From assembly GCA_043824255.1 (NCBI GenBank), contig JBDRTG010000029.1:1-64000 (forward strand): a stretch of DNA of 64,000 bases, written 5' to 3'. The notes under the pieces are model-generated. The model made no database searches. It worked only from the letters and a program-made list of their open reading frames with translations, and had not been told where the DNA came from. Both the position numbers and the translations under genes were made by a program. This stretch comes from a bacterium (lineage in GTDB: Bacteria > JAHJDO01). This document shows, piece after piece, positions 44,328 to 52,723 of this stretch (within the stretch, counting starts at the first letter, position 1; each line of letters opens with the position of its first letter).

Positions 44328-46154
44328 ATGTGCGGAATTATAGGATATATAGGCTTTCGTCAAGCAGTGCCTGTAGTGCTTGAAGGTTTAAAGAAACTGG
44401 AGTATCGTGGTTATGATTCATCGGGTATTGCTGTTTTAGAGGATGGTGCTCTAAAAAGATTTCGGGCAGAAGGAAAGATTCGCAAGTTAGAAGAAAAGAT
44501 TGGCAAAGAGAATTTATCAGGGAATATAGCATTAGGTCATACCAGATGGGCAACTCATGGAAGGCCCTCTGAAGAGAATGCTCATCCGCACACTGATTGC
44601 AGTGAACGTCTGGTAGTAGTTCATAATGGAATCATAGAAAACTATCTTGGGCTTAAAACGCAGCTAATCTCAGAAGGACACAGGTTTGAATCTGAAACTG
44701 ATACAGAGGTAATAGCTCACTTAATAGAAGACAACATAAACAAGGGACTACTTGCAGCGCTGAGAACGGCCTTAGGAGAAATAAAAGGTTCTTATGCATT
44801 GGCTGTAATTAGCGAAGACGAGCCTGATAAAATAGTAGTTGCCCGTTCTAAGAGCCCTTTGATCATTGGGCTGGGAAGTGATGAAAACTTTGTAGGCTCA
44901 GATGTTCCTGCCTTTTTGAATTATTCAAGACAAGTAGTATATTTGGAGGACGGAGAAGTAGGGGTGCTGACAAAAGATAAAGTAAAGGTTTATAAAGGAG
45001 AAGTTGAGAGAAAATTTAGAAGCGTATCGATAAAGTGGGATAGCACTATGGCAGAAAAGGTAGGGTTTGATCACTTTATGTTAAAAGAAATATGTGAACA
45101 GCCTCGAGCAATAGAGGAAACAATAAGAGGAAGAGCAGAAATAGATACAGGAAGAATATATTTAGAAGAATTTAAACAAAAAGATGTTTTAATTGAAAAA
45201 TTAGAAAGACTTGTCATTACTGCTTGCGGTACTTCATGGCATGCTGGCCTGGTAGGTAAATATTTAATTGAGGATATAGCACGTATTCCGGTTGAGGTTG
45301 ATTATGCAGCTGAATTCAGATATCGAAACCCGATTATTGATCATGGGACAGTATTATTAGCTCTTAGTCAATCAGGTGAAACAGCAGATACTCTGGCAGC
45401 TGTAGAAGAGACACGAAAGAGCAGGTGTCCTGTAGTTTCCATTTGCAATGTTGTTGGAAGCTCTCTTCCCAGAGAGTCTGATGTGGTTTTGTATACTCAT
45501 GCCGGCCCGGAAATAGGAGTTGCCTCTACTAAGGCTTTTACCACACAATTAGTAATGCTCTATTTATTGGCCATTAATATTGCGCAAACAAAGGGATTTC
45601 TGAAACAGGCTCAGAGCATAGAACTAGTTCAGAATCTAAGACTCTTAGTCAAAAAAGCGGACGAATTGATTGATAAAAAAGAAGAAATACAAAGAATTGC
45701 CCGTAAGTATTATCAGAATCAGAATTTCCTATATTTGGGACGCGGCAAGGGCTTTCCAGTTGCGCTTGAAGGCGCACTTAAATTAAAGGAAGTTTCGTAT
45801 ATCCATGCCGAAGGTTATCCTGCAGCTGAGATGAAACATGGACCTATAGCGCTAATAGACAAGAATATGCCGGTGGTAGTTTTAGCTCTCAAGGGGCGCC
45901 GTTATGAAAAAATGCTTGGCAATGTTGAGGAGATAAAGTCAAGAGGTGGGAAGGTTGTTGCATTAACAGACGAAGAATCTCCAGAAATTAAGAAAATGGC
46001 AGATGACTTGATAGTAATACCTCATACTTCTATCCCACTGTCGCCTATTTTAGCTGTTATTCCGCTTCAATTATTGGCATATTATATAGCAGTATTAAAA
46101 GGCTGCGATGTTGATCAACCCCGTAATTTAGCTAAAAGTGTAACAGTCGAGTAA
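44328..46154 (+). CDS. glmS: Glutamine--fructose-6-phosphate aminotransferase
   Basis: MCGIIG, HTRWATHG, PRNLAKSVTVE. Confidence 0.97.
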   Translation: MCGIIGYIGFRQAVPVVLEGLKKLEYRGYDSSGIAVLEDGALKRFRAEGKIRKLEEKIGKENLSGNIALGHTRWATHGRPSEENAHPHTDCSERLVVVHNGIIENYLGLKTQLISEGHRFESETDTEVIAHLIEDNINKGLLAALRTALGEIKGSYALAVISEDEPDKIVVARSKSPLIIGLGSDENFVGSDVPAFLNYSRQVVYLEDGEVGVLTKDKVKVYKGEVERKFRSVSIKWDSTMAEKVGFDHFMLKEICEQPRAIEETIRGRAEIDTGRIYLEEFKQKDVLIEKLERLVITACGTSWHAGLVGKYLIEDIARIPVEVDYAAEFRYRNPIIDHGTVLLALSQSGETADTLAAVEETRKSRCPVVSICNVVGSSLPRESDVVLYTHAGPEIGVASTKAFTTQLVMLYLLAINIAQTKGFLKQAQSIELVQNLRLLVKKADELIDKKEEIQRIARKYYQNQNFLYLGRGKGFPVALEGALKLKEVSYIHAEGYPAAEMKHGPIALIDKNMPVVVLALKGRRYEKMLGNVEEIKSRGGKVVALTDEESPEIKKMADDLIVIPHTSIPLSPILAVIPLQLLAYYIAVLKGCDVDQPRNLAKSVTVE

Positions 46155-46264
46155 GAGAGAAGTTGAGAGAGCTTGTCTGACTTTCTCTACAAGGGGTAAC
46201 CGTAACATAGCTGCTATTTCACCCAATAAAACTTCCGTTTTTATAAATGGAACTGGAATAATGC

Positions 46265-46410
46265 TCACTGAACCGGAAAACTCTTCATCACACTCCAATA
46301 TTCCTTTTCTATGTCTGCTAGACTTAAATCTTGATAAATGCTTAAACTCTCCCGATTTTTATGGCCGCTGATAAGTTGAATTTTTGCATCAACAATACCT
46401 TTGCTTGTCA
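46265..46410 (-). pseudogene. C-terminal remnant of tyrosine recombinase
   Basis: KGIVDAKIQLISGH...SLSIYQDL (H and catalytic Y region). Confidence 0.7.
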
Positions 46411-46736
46411 CCTTCGTTGCACGGTCTGAATCCTGTAAAACTCCTGATAGAAGCCAGATGAATATCCCAAAGACTGCTTTTCCATCGGGATCTTTCATAT
46501 TCAAGATGGTCCACATTCAGTTGTTGACTCAGCCGTGATACAATTGTGTCAGGCACATCCTCCTTTCTGCGAGGCGGAAATCCAAGAAATAAGAATGTTT
46601 TTAATAGCACGGTAAACCCGAGAATGTTCTTCCCTTTCCGCCACTGCGGTAAAAAGTATCGTTCATTTTGGGTTAAGGTAAAATGGTCAATGAGGTCTTC
46701 CTTGCTAATATGCGGGTTTATGTATGGATAATCCAT
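46411..46736 (-). pseudogene. N-terminal (DUF4158-like) remnant of Tn3 transposase
   Basis: DLIDHFTL...LGFTVLLKTF...IRSFTGFR. Confidence 0.75.
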
Positions 46737-47012
46737 TTGCCGTTCCTTTCAAACTTCCGAGATTCTAAAGAACCGGAAGTTTTTGGGGTATTTACTATCA
46801 TAATCCCCCTTATTTTACGGCAAATCGGAACATTATTCCAGTTCCATTTATAAAAACGGAAGTTTTATTGGGTGAAATAGCAGCTATGTTACGGTTACCC
46901 CTATAATATCACTTAACGTCCATAAATTTCAAGAAGAAATTTTTTAGTTAATAAAACGGACGTTTTCTTTACTGCTTGTTATTCCTTTTGAAGTATATTC
47001 AAATATCTAATG

Positions 47013-47035
47013 GGGGTTCTAGACATAGAACCCCT
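47013..47035. repeat. Second copy of the 23-bp hairpin motif
   Basis: Reverse complement of 711-733. Confidence 0.65.
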
Positions 47036-47094
47036 GTATTCCATAACACGTGCTCCTTAACAAAACAATGTTAAATGTCAAATCAATGCCAAGA

Positions 47095-47886
47095 TTATGA
47101 CAATACATCGCGCAGTTTTTTAAATCTCTCAAATATGTCCTGTCTTAAATCATCAATGTATTCATCTGGGCCGTTTTCCTTCTCAACCATAAGACACCCT
47201 TGACTGGAAATCCTTTCAAAATATTTATTGAGGTCTTTAGAAATGTCTCTAAAATATCCCTCTTTATGATATTGCGCTATTTCTTTCATGATCCCATCTA
47301 TATCCGGAGCGAATCTTAAGATGAAATACATGTAATGCAGATCTTTTGCTTGCTTCTGCTCATTTTCTCTGTCAATAAAAGTTACACCTTTGTGATAGAG
47401 AAAAGCTGATGGTTTAGGACAATAAATTTCATAGACCTTTGCATGCTTTTGATTTGTTACTCTAATAGGTATTTTGTGCTTTAGAAGAAAATCAAACTTA
47501 TCGATTTTATTAATGCTAATCTGCCTACCAACGAATTTTTCTATAATATTGTGCGCAATATCCGGAGAGGTAATAAAATCAATCGGGACTTTTCCCTCTT
47601 TATAGAATACAACCGGATAGATTCTATCCATTCTAGGATGACGTTCTTTATAGTTTAAATGAGAAAGTGTGTCAAAAATGGTCTTTGGATAAACCTTAGT
47701 TGTCTCTTCTCCAAAACCAAAATCGATATCAACGGTAGTAACCGGCTTTACTGCGAGATTGTTCCATAGAAACCGTAAGTAAATATATGGCATCCAGCCG
47801 CCAACAAGTGTAAGATCGCAAAGGTAATCTTTTAGATCCTCCAGTACGTTAAAAAATATGGATTCAGTCCTATCAAAGTCAGTCAA
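47095..47886 (-). CDS. Nucleotidyltransferase-fold toxin (AbiEii-like, type IV TA)
   Basis: LVGGW, TVDID, KDL motifs; coupled to upstream regulator. Confidence 0.72.
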   Translation of the reverse strand: MTDFDRTESIFFNVLEDLKDYLCDLTLVGGWMPYIYLRFLWNNLAVKPVTTVDIDFGFGEETTKVYPKTIFDTLSHLNYKERHPRMDRIYPVVFYKEGKVPIDFITSPDIAHNIIEKFVGRQISINKIDKFDFLLKHKIPIRVTNQKHAKVYEIYCPKPSAFLYHKGVTFIDRENEQKQAKDLHYMYFILRFAPDIDGIMKEIAQYHKEGYFRDISKDLNKYFERISSQGCLMVEKENGPDEYIDDLRQDIFERFKKLRDVLS

Positions 47887-48586
47887 GACTGTTTCCTCTT
47901 TCTTCCAGCAGTTTTTTAAGATATTCGGCGTGTTCTCTGCCGCGAGGTTGAAAATTATATAGGTCCAGATAAAGTTGAAGATTAGAAATAACCCGATAAC
48001 CTTTTATCTTCTGAATATTTGAAAATATGCTTTTTTTGTAATAGGGGCGGATTATATGAAAGTTTCCCCCTTTTACAAGTTCTTTTAGATCTAATCTTTG
48101 TCTCATTTCCAAAATATCTTTATCCCAATCCTGAAAGCTGACATATAAATATACATGGTCTGTTCTTACGAAAGAAGTTGTTAAATTTGCGCCTGTGTGA
48201 AGCGTAAGCGCATATTGGCTGTCGCTGAGATAAGCTTTTAGCTTCTTTAAAATACTCTTATCTGAAGTGTAATAGGTATCGATTTCATTTAATTCAAACC
48301 GATATCCTTTTAGCCAATCAGCTATTAGCTTTTCCTTATTAGTAAGAAATGTATAACTATGCGGACCCTTCTTTAGTCTCTCTGCATATCCTTGTTTGGC
48401 CATTGCTTCAAGCACACCCTGAGCCATACCTATACTTACTCCCTCGGGATCTGTGAAATCACGGGTTACCCATTTCTTGTCAGGTTGATGAATCATTTTT
48501 CTCAAGATTAAAGTGGCTTTATCAGCAAAGATATTCTTCAATTTGTTATTGCCTTTCATAAAGTTCATTCCTTTTGCAATGTTCAC
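47879..48586 (-). CDS. AbiEi-like antitoxin / transcriptional regulator
   Basis: N-terminal wHTH; QLYLDLY...RGREHAE. Confidence 0.72.
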   Translation of the reverse strand: MNIAKGMNFMKGNNKLKNIFADKATLILRKMIHQPDKKWVTRDFTDPEGVSIGMAQGVLEAMAKQGYAERLKKGPHSYTFLTNKEKLIADWLKGYRFELNEIDTYYTSDKSILKKLKAYLSDSQYALTLHTGANLTTSFVRTDHVYLYVSFQDWDKDILEMRQRLDLKELVKGGNFHIIRPYYKKSIFSNIQKIKGYRVISNLQLYLDLYNFQPRGREHAEYLKKLLEERGNSLD

Positions 48587-48618
48587 TAATTAATGAACAT
48601 TATGTAATAAGTGAACAT
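48579..48618. promoter_or_regulatory. Candidate antitoxin operator
   Basis: ATGTTCA-N8-TGAACAT inverted repeat plus a second TGAACAT. Confidence 0.5.
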
Positions 48619-48758
48619 CATTGTCAAGAAAAATATAATACATTCTAATTTAAAATATAAAAAATCTTATGTGTAGTTACAAAAGCGGCTTTTTCGTAGA
48701 AAAAACAGGGGAAGGCGTTAGAAATATACGAGTTTAGTGTCAATAACTTCCCGTAATG

Positions 48759-48889
48759 TATAGGATTTCCCAGAATACAAAAGTAGCTTAAAGTAGGGGA
48801 AATAAGAAAAATTTGAGATGAGTCAGGAAAAATCTATTTAAAAATATTATCAAGCAAACCCAGTATAATACACATATGATGTATTCCTT
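48759..48889 (+). repeat. ~130-bp non-coding repeat, copy 2
   Basis: Inverted partner of 20879-21010; contains TATAAT. Confidence 0.85.
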
Positions 48890-49076
48890 TCCGCCATAAT
48901 GCTCTCCTCTTAAAGCAGGTATTATAAAGCGAATATTTCCATCTCTTCTTCCAAGGGGTGGGTCACCATGTACCTGTTCATTTCCAATGTTTCAAAGCCT
49001 CCGCATTGACAAGAAGGAGCATTATAATATATACTTTGTTTTCGTGAATACATGCGTGGAAAGGAGGTAAAAAGAA

Positions 49077-49727
49077 ATGAGATCTTTATTTAGAGTTGGT
49101 TTAATCGCAGTGTTGACTGGTGTATGTTTTAGCTTAGTGTATGCAGGTGGACTTCCAAAGAAGACATCTCAACCGCAGAAAAAAACAGAGGTAAAACAAG
49201 TTTCTGAAGGTGTAACGACAGGTGTTTTGGCTACCGCAGCAACAATAAAAGAAGCCACGATATGGATGGGAGCTGAAAGTGTTTGGTCTCTTAGAAACAA
49301 AATGCCAAGAACCAAAATTTACGCAAGAGTTGAGCCTTCTGATGATAGATATTACCTTGTTGGAATTAGTAAAATAGATCTAAAGGCATCAAATCCATAT
49401 GAACGCAAAGATAGAAGAAATGTTCAATATGCCGAATATGACGCGCAAATTGCATCCAAATACCTAAATAACAGTCTGACACTTAGGGGCGGCATTATAA
49501 ATTCGGGGGTAGGACTGGGCGTAGACTATACGCTGCCTGATGAAAAAACCAGCATCACAGTTGAAGGACATAGCGCTGTTTATAGTTCTCCGTTCTTTCT
49601 CAGAACAAACCTGAGTTATAAGATATGGGAAGATAAGGACTACTATATAATTGCCGGTGCAGAGGATATGCTGGATAAGCTTTCGCTCATAGCAGGCATA
49701 AAAATAGAATACGGTCTAGCAAGATAA
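49077..49727 (+). CDS. Exported hypothetical protein with beta-strand-rich C-terminus
   Basis: AAGGAGG RBS, signal peptide, LTLRGGIINSGVGLGVDY strands. Confidence 0.65.
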   Translation: MRSLFRVGLIAVLTGVCFSLVYAGGLPKKTSQPQKKTEVKQVSEGVTTGVLATAATIKEATIWMGAESVWSLRNKMPRTKIYARVEPSDDRYYLVGISKIDLKASNPYERKDRRNVQYAEYDAQIASKYLNNSLTLRGGIINSGVGLGVDYTLPDEKTSITVEGHSAVYSSPFFLRTNLSYKIWEDKDYYIIAGAEDMLDKLSLIAGIKIEYGLAR

Positions 49728-49733
49728 GTTCTG

Positions 49734-49793
49734 TGTTGTTTCATATGAAACAACAATGCCATAGCGCAGGAAATATCTTCTATGCTATGGCAT
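49734..49793. terminator. 22-bp perfect palindrome plus stem-loop after gene
   Basis: TGTTGTTTCATATGAAACAACA; ATGCCATAGC...GCTATGGCAT. Confidence 0.45.
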
Positions 49794-49802
49794 ATATATA
49801 AT

Positions 49803-49944
49803 CTAGCTTTTTACAGCTTGCTTTTGTGCCGTGTACCCCTATGAAGGATTTTCCCTAAATGTTTAATTTTACCCATTATTCCAGTTCCATTTATAAAAAC
49901 GGAAGTTTTATTGGGTAAAATCGCAGCTATGTTACGGTTACCCC
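49803..49944 (-). mobile_element. Three abutting Tn3-like ends (A-variant, C, B)
   Basis: 49803-49839 rc GGGGTACACGGCACAAAA...; 49838-49874 matches 12637-12673; 49874-49944 is 69/71 to 46831-46901. Confidence 0.8.
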
Positions 49945-49973
49945 GAATAGGACAATAAGCGCTTTTTTGAGAA

Positions 49974-50189
49974 TCACGTCTTAGCTAATACATAGGCAGT
50001 AAAGAATAAAAAAAAGCTCACAAGAATCAGGCATATGCCTATTCCCACACGCAGCTTAATTACAGTTTTATCTACTGAAAAAATACGATTGAAAAAGGTA
50101 GATAAGCTTAAAAGAACAAAGGGCAGAAAGAACAAAAGAATGGAAAAAACTAAGCATAAAACACCTATTTCTATCAAAATTATGTTCAT
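49974..50189 (-). CDS. Small two-TM protein (similar to 56716-56946)
   Basis: Two hydrophobic helices; NRIFSVD vs NRLLFSD. Confidence 0.6.
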   Translation of the reverse strand: MNIILIEIGVLCLVFSILLFFLPFVLLSLSTFFNRIFSVDKTVIKLRVGIGICLILVSFFLFFTAYVLAKT

Positions 50190-50201
50190 CTATTATCTCA
50201 T

Positions 50202-51152
50202 CTATTTTTTATTTTGAATCTTAAGAATCCACTCTTTTACCAAGGAGACATCTTTTGCGTCTGGAGAAAATTTTACATACTGCTGATAATGATAGACCGC
50301 CTTTTTATTATTTCTCAGATGATCATCATAAAGAATTCCCAGGTTGTAATGCACAGCTGAGTTATTGGGGTCAAAAGAGAGGACTTTCATATACTCTTTT
50401 TCTGCCTCTTTATAACGATCTGTCTTCTGATAAATCAAAGCTAATTTGTAACGTATAGCTATGGATTCTTTCCGTAGCTGACGTTCATCTTTCTTTTTTT
50501 CTCCCTCAGCTATCTGTTTTAAAAGCATTGCTTGCTCCGATTTTTTTTGGGAATTAGAAACTTCTCCCTGTACTTTAGCAAGTTTTTTATTAAGTTCATG
50601 GATAGTCTCAGTTTGGGTAGTTAACTGTTGTCTAAAATTCTTTATCTCTTCTTCTTTTCTTGCAAGGGTATCTCCCCTTTTAGTTTCTACCTGTTGTATC
50701 TGGTTTTCCAAGGTTTCTTTTTCTTCAGTTACTTTAACCATTTTTTTTTCAAGTCTATCTTTATCTTTTCTTAATTCTTTTACTTCTTTCTCCAACCGGT
50801 TTTTTTCTTCATTCAGTCTTCTCTGTTTCGCCTCTAAAACCGCATGGTCTTTGTCCAGGGCCTCATTTGTTTTCTCTAACTTCCTATTCTTTTTCTCTAA
50901 GATAAGAATGGTTTTTTCTTTTTCCTTTGATTGAGTTTCCACAGATTCAATGTAAGTTTCCAACCATTTTGATCTCTGTTGACTTCTTTCTATTTCTTCT
51001 TTCAATTCCTTTGTCGCTGTCGCTCCCTCTTGTTTCTGGTCTGAGAAAGCTACCCCAATTGGCTTCAGACCCATAAGCAAAAACACAACCATCAAACTCA
51101 CTGCCTTTTTCTTCATAATTTTATCTCCCATATTTTTATATTTTTTCTGCAC
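50202..51152 (-). CDS. Exported coiled-coil plus TPR protein
   Basis: Signal peptide, K/E heptads, HYNLGILYD TPRs. Confidence 0.8.
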   Translation of the reverse strand: MQKKYKNMGDKIMKKKAVSLMVVFLLMGLKPIGVAFSDQKQEGATATKELKEEIERSQQRSKWLETYIESVETQSKEKEKTILILEKKNRKLEKTNEALDKDHAVLEAKQRRLNEEKNRLEKEVKELRKDKDRLEKKMVKVTEEKETLENQIQQVETKRGDTLARKEEEIKNFRQQLTTQTETIHELNKKLAKVQGEVSNSQKKSEQAMLLKQIAEGEKKKDERQLRKESIAIRYKLALIYQKTDRYKEAEKEYMKVLSFDPNNSAVHYNLGILYDDHLRNNKKAVYHYQQYVKFSPDAKDVSLVKEWILKIQNKK

Positions 51153-51153
51153 T

Positions 51154-52659
51154 TCATCTACTCATTTCCTCCTTCAATTTCTTAGGTCTCAGACCAAACT
51201 CTTTCTTCAATTTTTTAGAAGTTTCTTCCATGCTGGCTCTTTCCCCTTCTGTAAGCTGGGCAGTATCCATTATTGTTGGTGTAATAAAAATGAGCAATTC
51301 CATTTTTTCAGTTACTTTTCTCTCTCTCTTGAAAAGCCATCCCAAAATCGGAATGTCGCCAATGAGAGGGACTTTGTAGTGCGTTACGGTTTCCTTATTC
51401 TTTATAAGTCCGCCAATTACAATCGTCTCCCCGCTGTTGATAGTTATATTCGTGTCAAGCTCCCTTGTTGTGATTCGCTTTATTGTTAACCCAGTGCTGC
51501 CCGTAACGTCATCCCCAAGTTCAGTTACTGCAGGATGAATTGACATATTAACCCTGCCGTCTTCCCATATTATAGGAACAACCTTTAATGTTACGCCAAC
51601 AGGCTCATAGTGGTCAAGTGATTCACTTGTAACAGCTCCTGTTTCCGGTGAAACATCGGTTGTCAGTATCGGGTATTTCTCTCCTACAAGAATTGTAGCT
51701 TCATGCCCATTAAGAACCAGTATTTTAGGATTTGAGAGGACATTTGCCTTGCCCTTCTCTTCTAATGCGTTAATAACTGCTTCAAATCTTGGAGGTTCCA
51801 GTCGTTTGTATGTAGCTGTAAGTCCTGTAAAACCTGTTGATGGGACTGTTACAGTTCCACCTTCTACCACTCCTCTTAATGTCTCTCCAAAATCTCCGTA
51901 ACGAATGTCTCCTATCGCAGTTCCTAGCAAGTTAAGAGTTTTCCAGTCAATCCCTATATCCCTTGTTAGGTCATGGTTTACCTCTACAATCAATGTTTGA
52001 ATAAGAACCTGTTTTGGAGGCTTATCAAGTTCTTCAACAAGTTGTCTTATCTTCGTGAGATACTCGGGAAAATCTCTCACTATGAGCACCCTAGAAAATT
52101 CTTCCTTCTTATTCCCGGTTCTCGGGACAACTCCCATAGTCGCTTCGCCGCCTATTCCTCCTACCGGCCAGCCGCTGCGTATGGTGCTGTAATGAACAGT
52201 TGTGCTTCCTTTTGATGAGAGACACTTCTTAATAGTTTTTTCAATCTCTTCTGCGTTTACATATTTCAGATGAAGAATCTCGGTAGTTGTTCCGAGAACC
52301 GCTTCATCCTCTGCCGCTTTCAAAGATTTTAATCTTTCTAAGCTCCCTACTTCAATAATATTGCCTCTCTTCAAGTATCCAAAATCTTTCGTCCCCAAAA
52401 TAACCCTGAGAGCGTTCTCTAATCTTACCTGATCAAGATGCACAGTTACTTCGCCCTTTACCTCATCACTTACAATGATATTAAGATTATGCTGTTCTGC
52501 CAGAACCCGAAGTACATCTCTAATCTCAGTATTATCAAAATCTAAGCTGATTAAGAGCTCTTCCTCTGAATGTAATATTCCATTCCCTAAAGGAAATAGA
52601 AAAAAAACAACTAATAGTAGAACAAAAAATTTGCGAATTACCTTATCCATTTTTCTCAA
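51154..52659 (-). CDS. Secretin (PilQ/GspD family)
   Basis: QVLIQTLIVEV, GETIVIGGL, VPLIGDIPILGWLF, ELLIFITP. Confidence 0.92.
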   Translation of the reverse strand: MRKMDKVIRKFFVLLLVVFFLFPLGNGILHSEEELLISLDFDNTEIRDVLRVLAEQHNLNIIVSDEVKGEVTVHLDQVRLENALRVILGTKDFGYLKRGNIIEVGSLERLKSLKAAEDEAVLGTTTEILHLKYVNAEEIEKTIKKCLSSKGSTTVHYSTIRSGWPVGGIGGEATMGVVPRTGNKKEEFSRVLIVRDFPEYLTKIRQLVEELDKPPKQVLIQTLIVEVNHDLTRDIGIDWKTLNLLGTAIGDIRYGDFGETLRGVVEGGTVTVPSTGFTGLTATYKRLEPPRFEAVINALEEKGKANVLSNPKILVLNGHEATILVGEKYPILTTDVSPETGAVTSESLDHYEPVGVTLKVVPIIWEDGRVNMSIHPAVTELGDDVTGSTGLTIKRITTRELDTNITINSGETIVIGGLIKNKETVTHYKVPLIGDIPILGWLFKRERKVTEKMELLIFITPTIMDTAQLTEGERASMEETSKKLKKEFGLRPKKLKEEMSR

Positions 52660-52723
52660 CCTCTTTATTCCTGTGTAAGTATAAGTTCCTTTCCGTCCTT
52701 TGTCAAAACAACTCTATTTTTCT
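52606..52723. repeat. ~117-bp diverged direct repeat, copy A (copy B 53826-53941)
   Basis: Both encode KNRVVLTKDGKELILTQE-stop plus a secretin-like start. Confidence 0.9.

Larger units (their letters stand above)
46193..46901 (-). mobile_element. Internally deleted non-autonomous Tn3-family element (family B)
   Basis: 71-bp perfect IRs beginning GGGGTAACCG (46193-46263, 46831-46901); flanks TACAA/TATAA. Confidence 0.88.

Noticed and set aside
46120..46200. Tn7 insertion at attTn7 downstream of glmS
   Set aside because: No tns genes or TGT-ended repeats with TnsB sites; the adjacent element has GGGG Tn3-type IRs
48885..49010. Minus-strand coding remnant (CQCGGF...EIFAL-stop, then RBS-ATG)
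   Set aside because: Too short to assign
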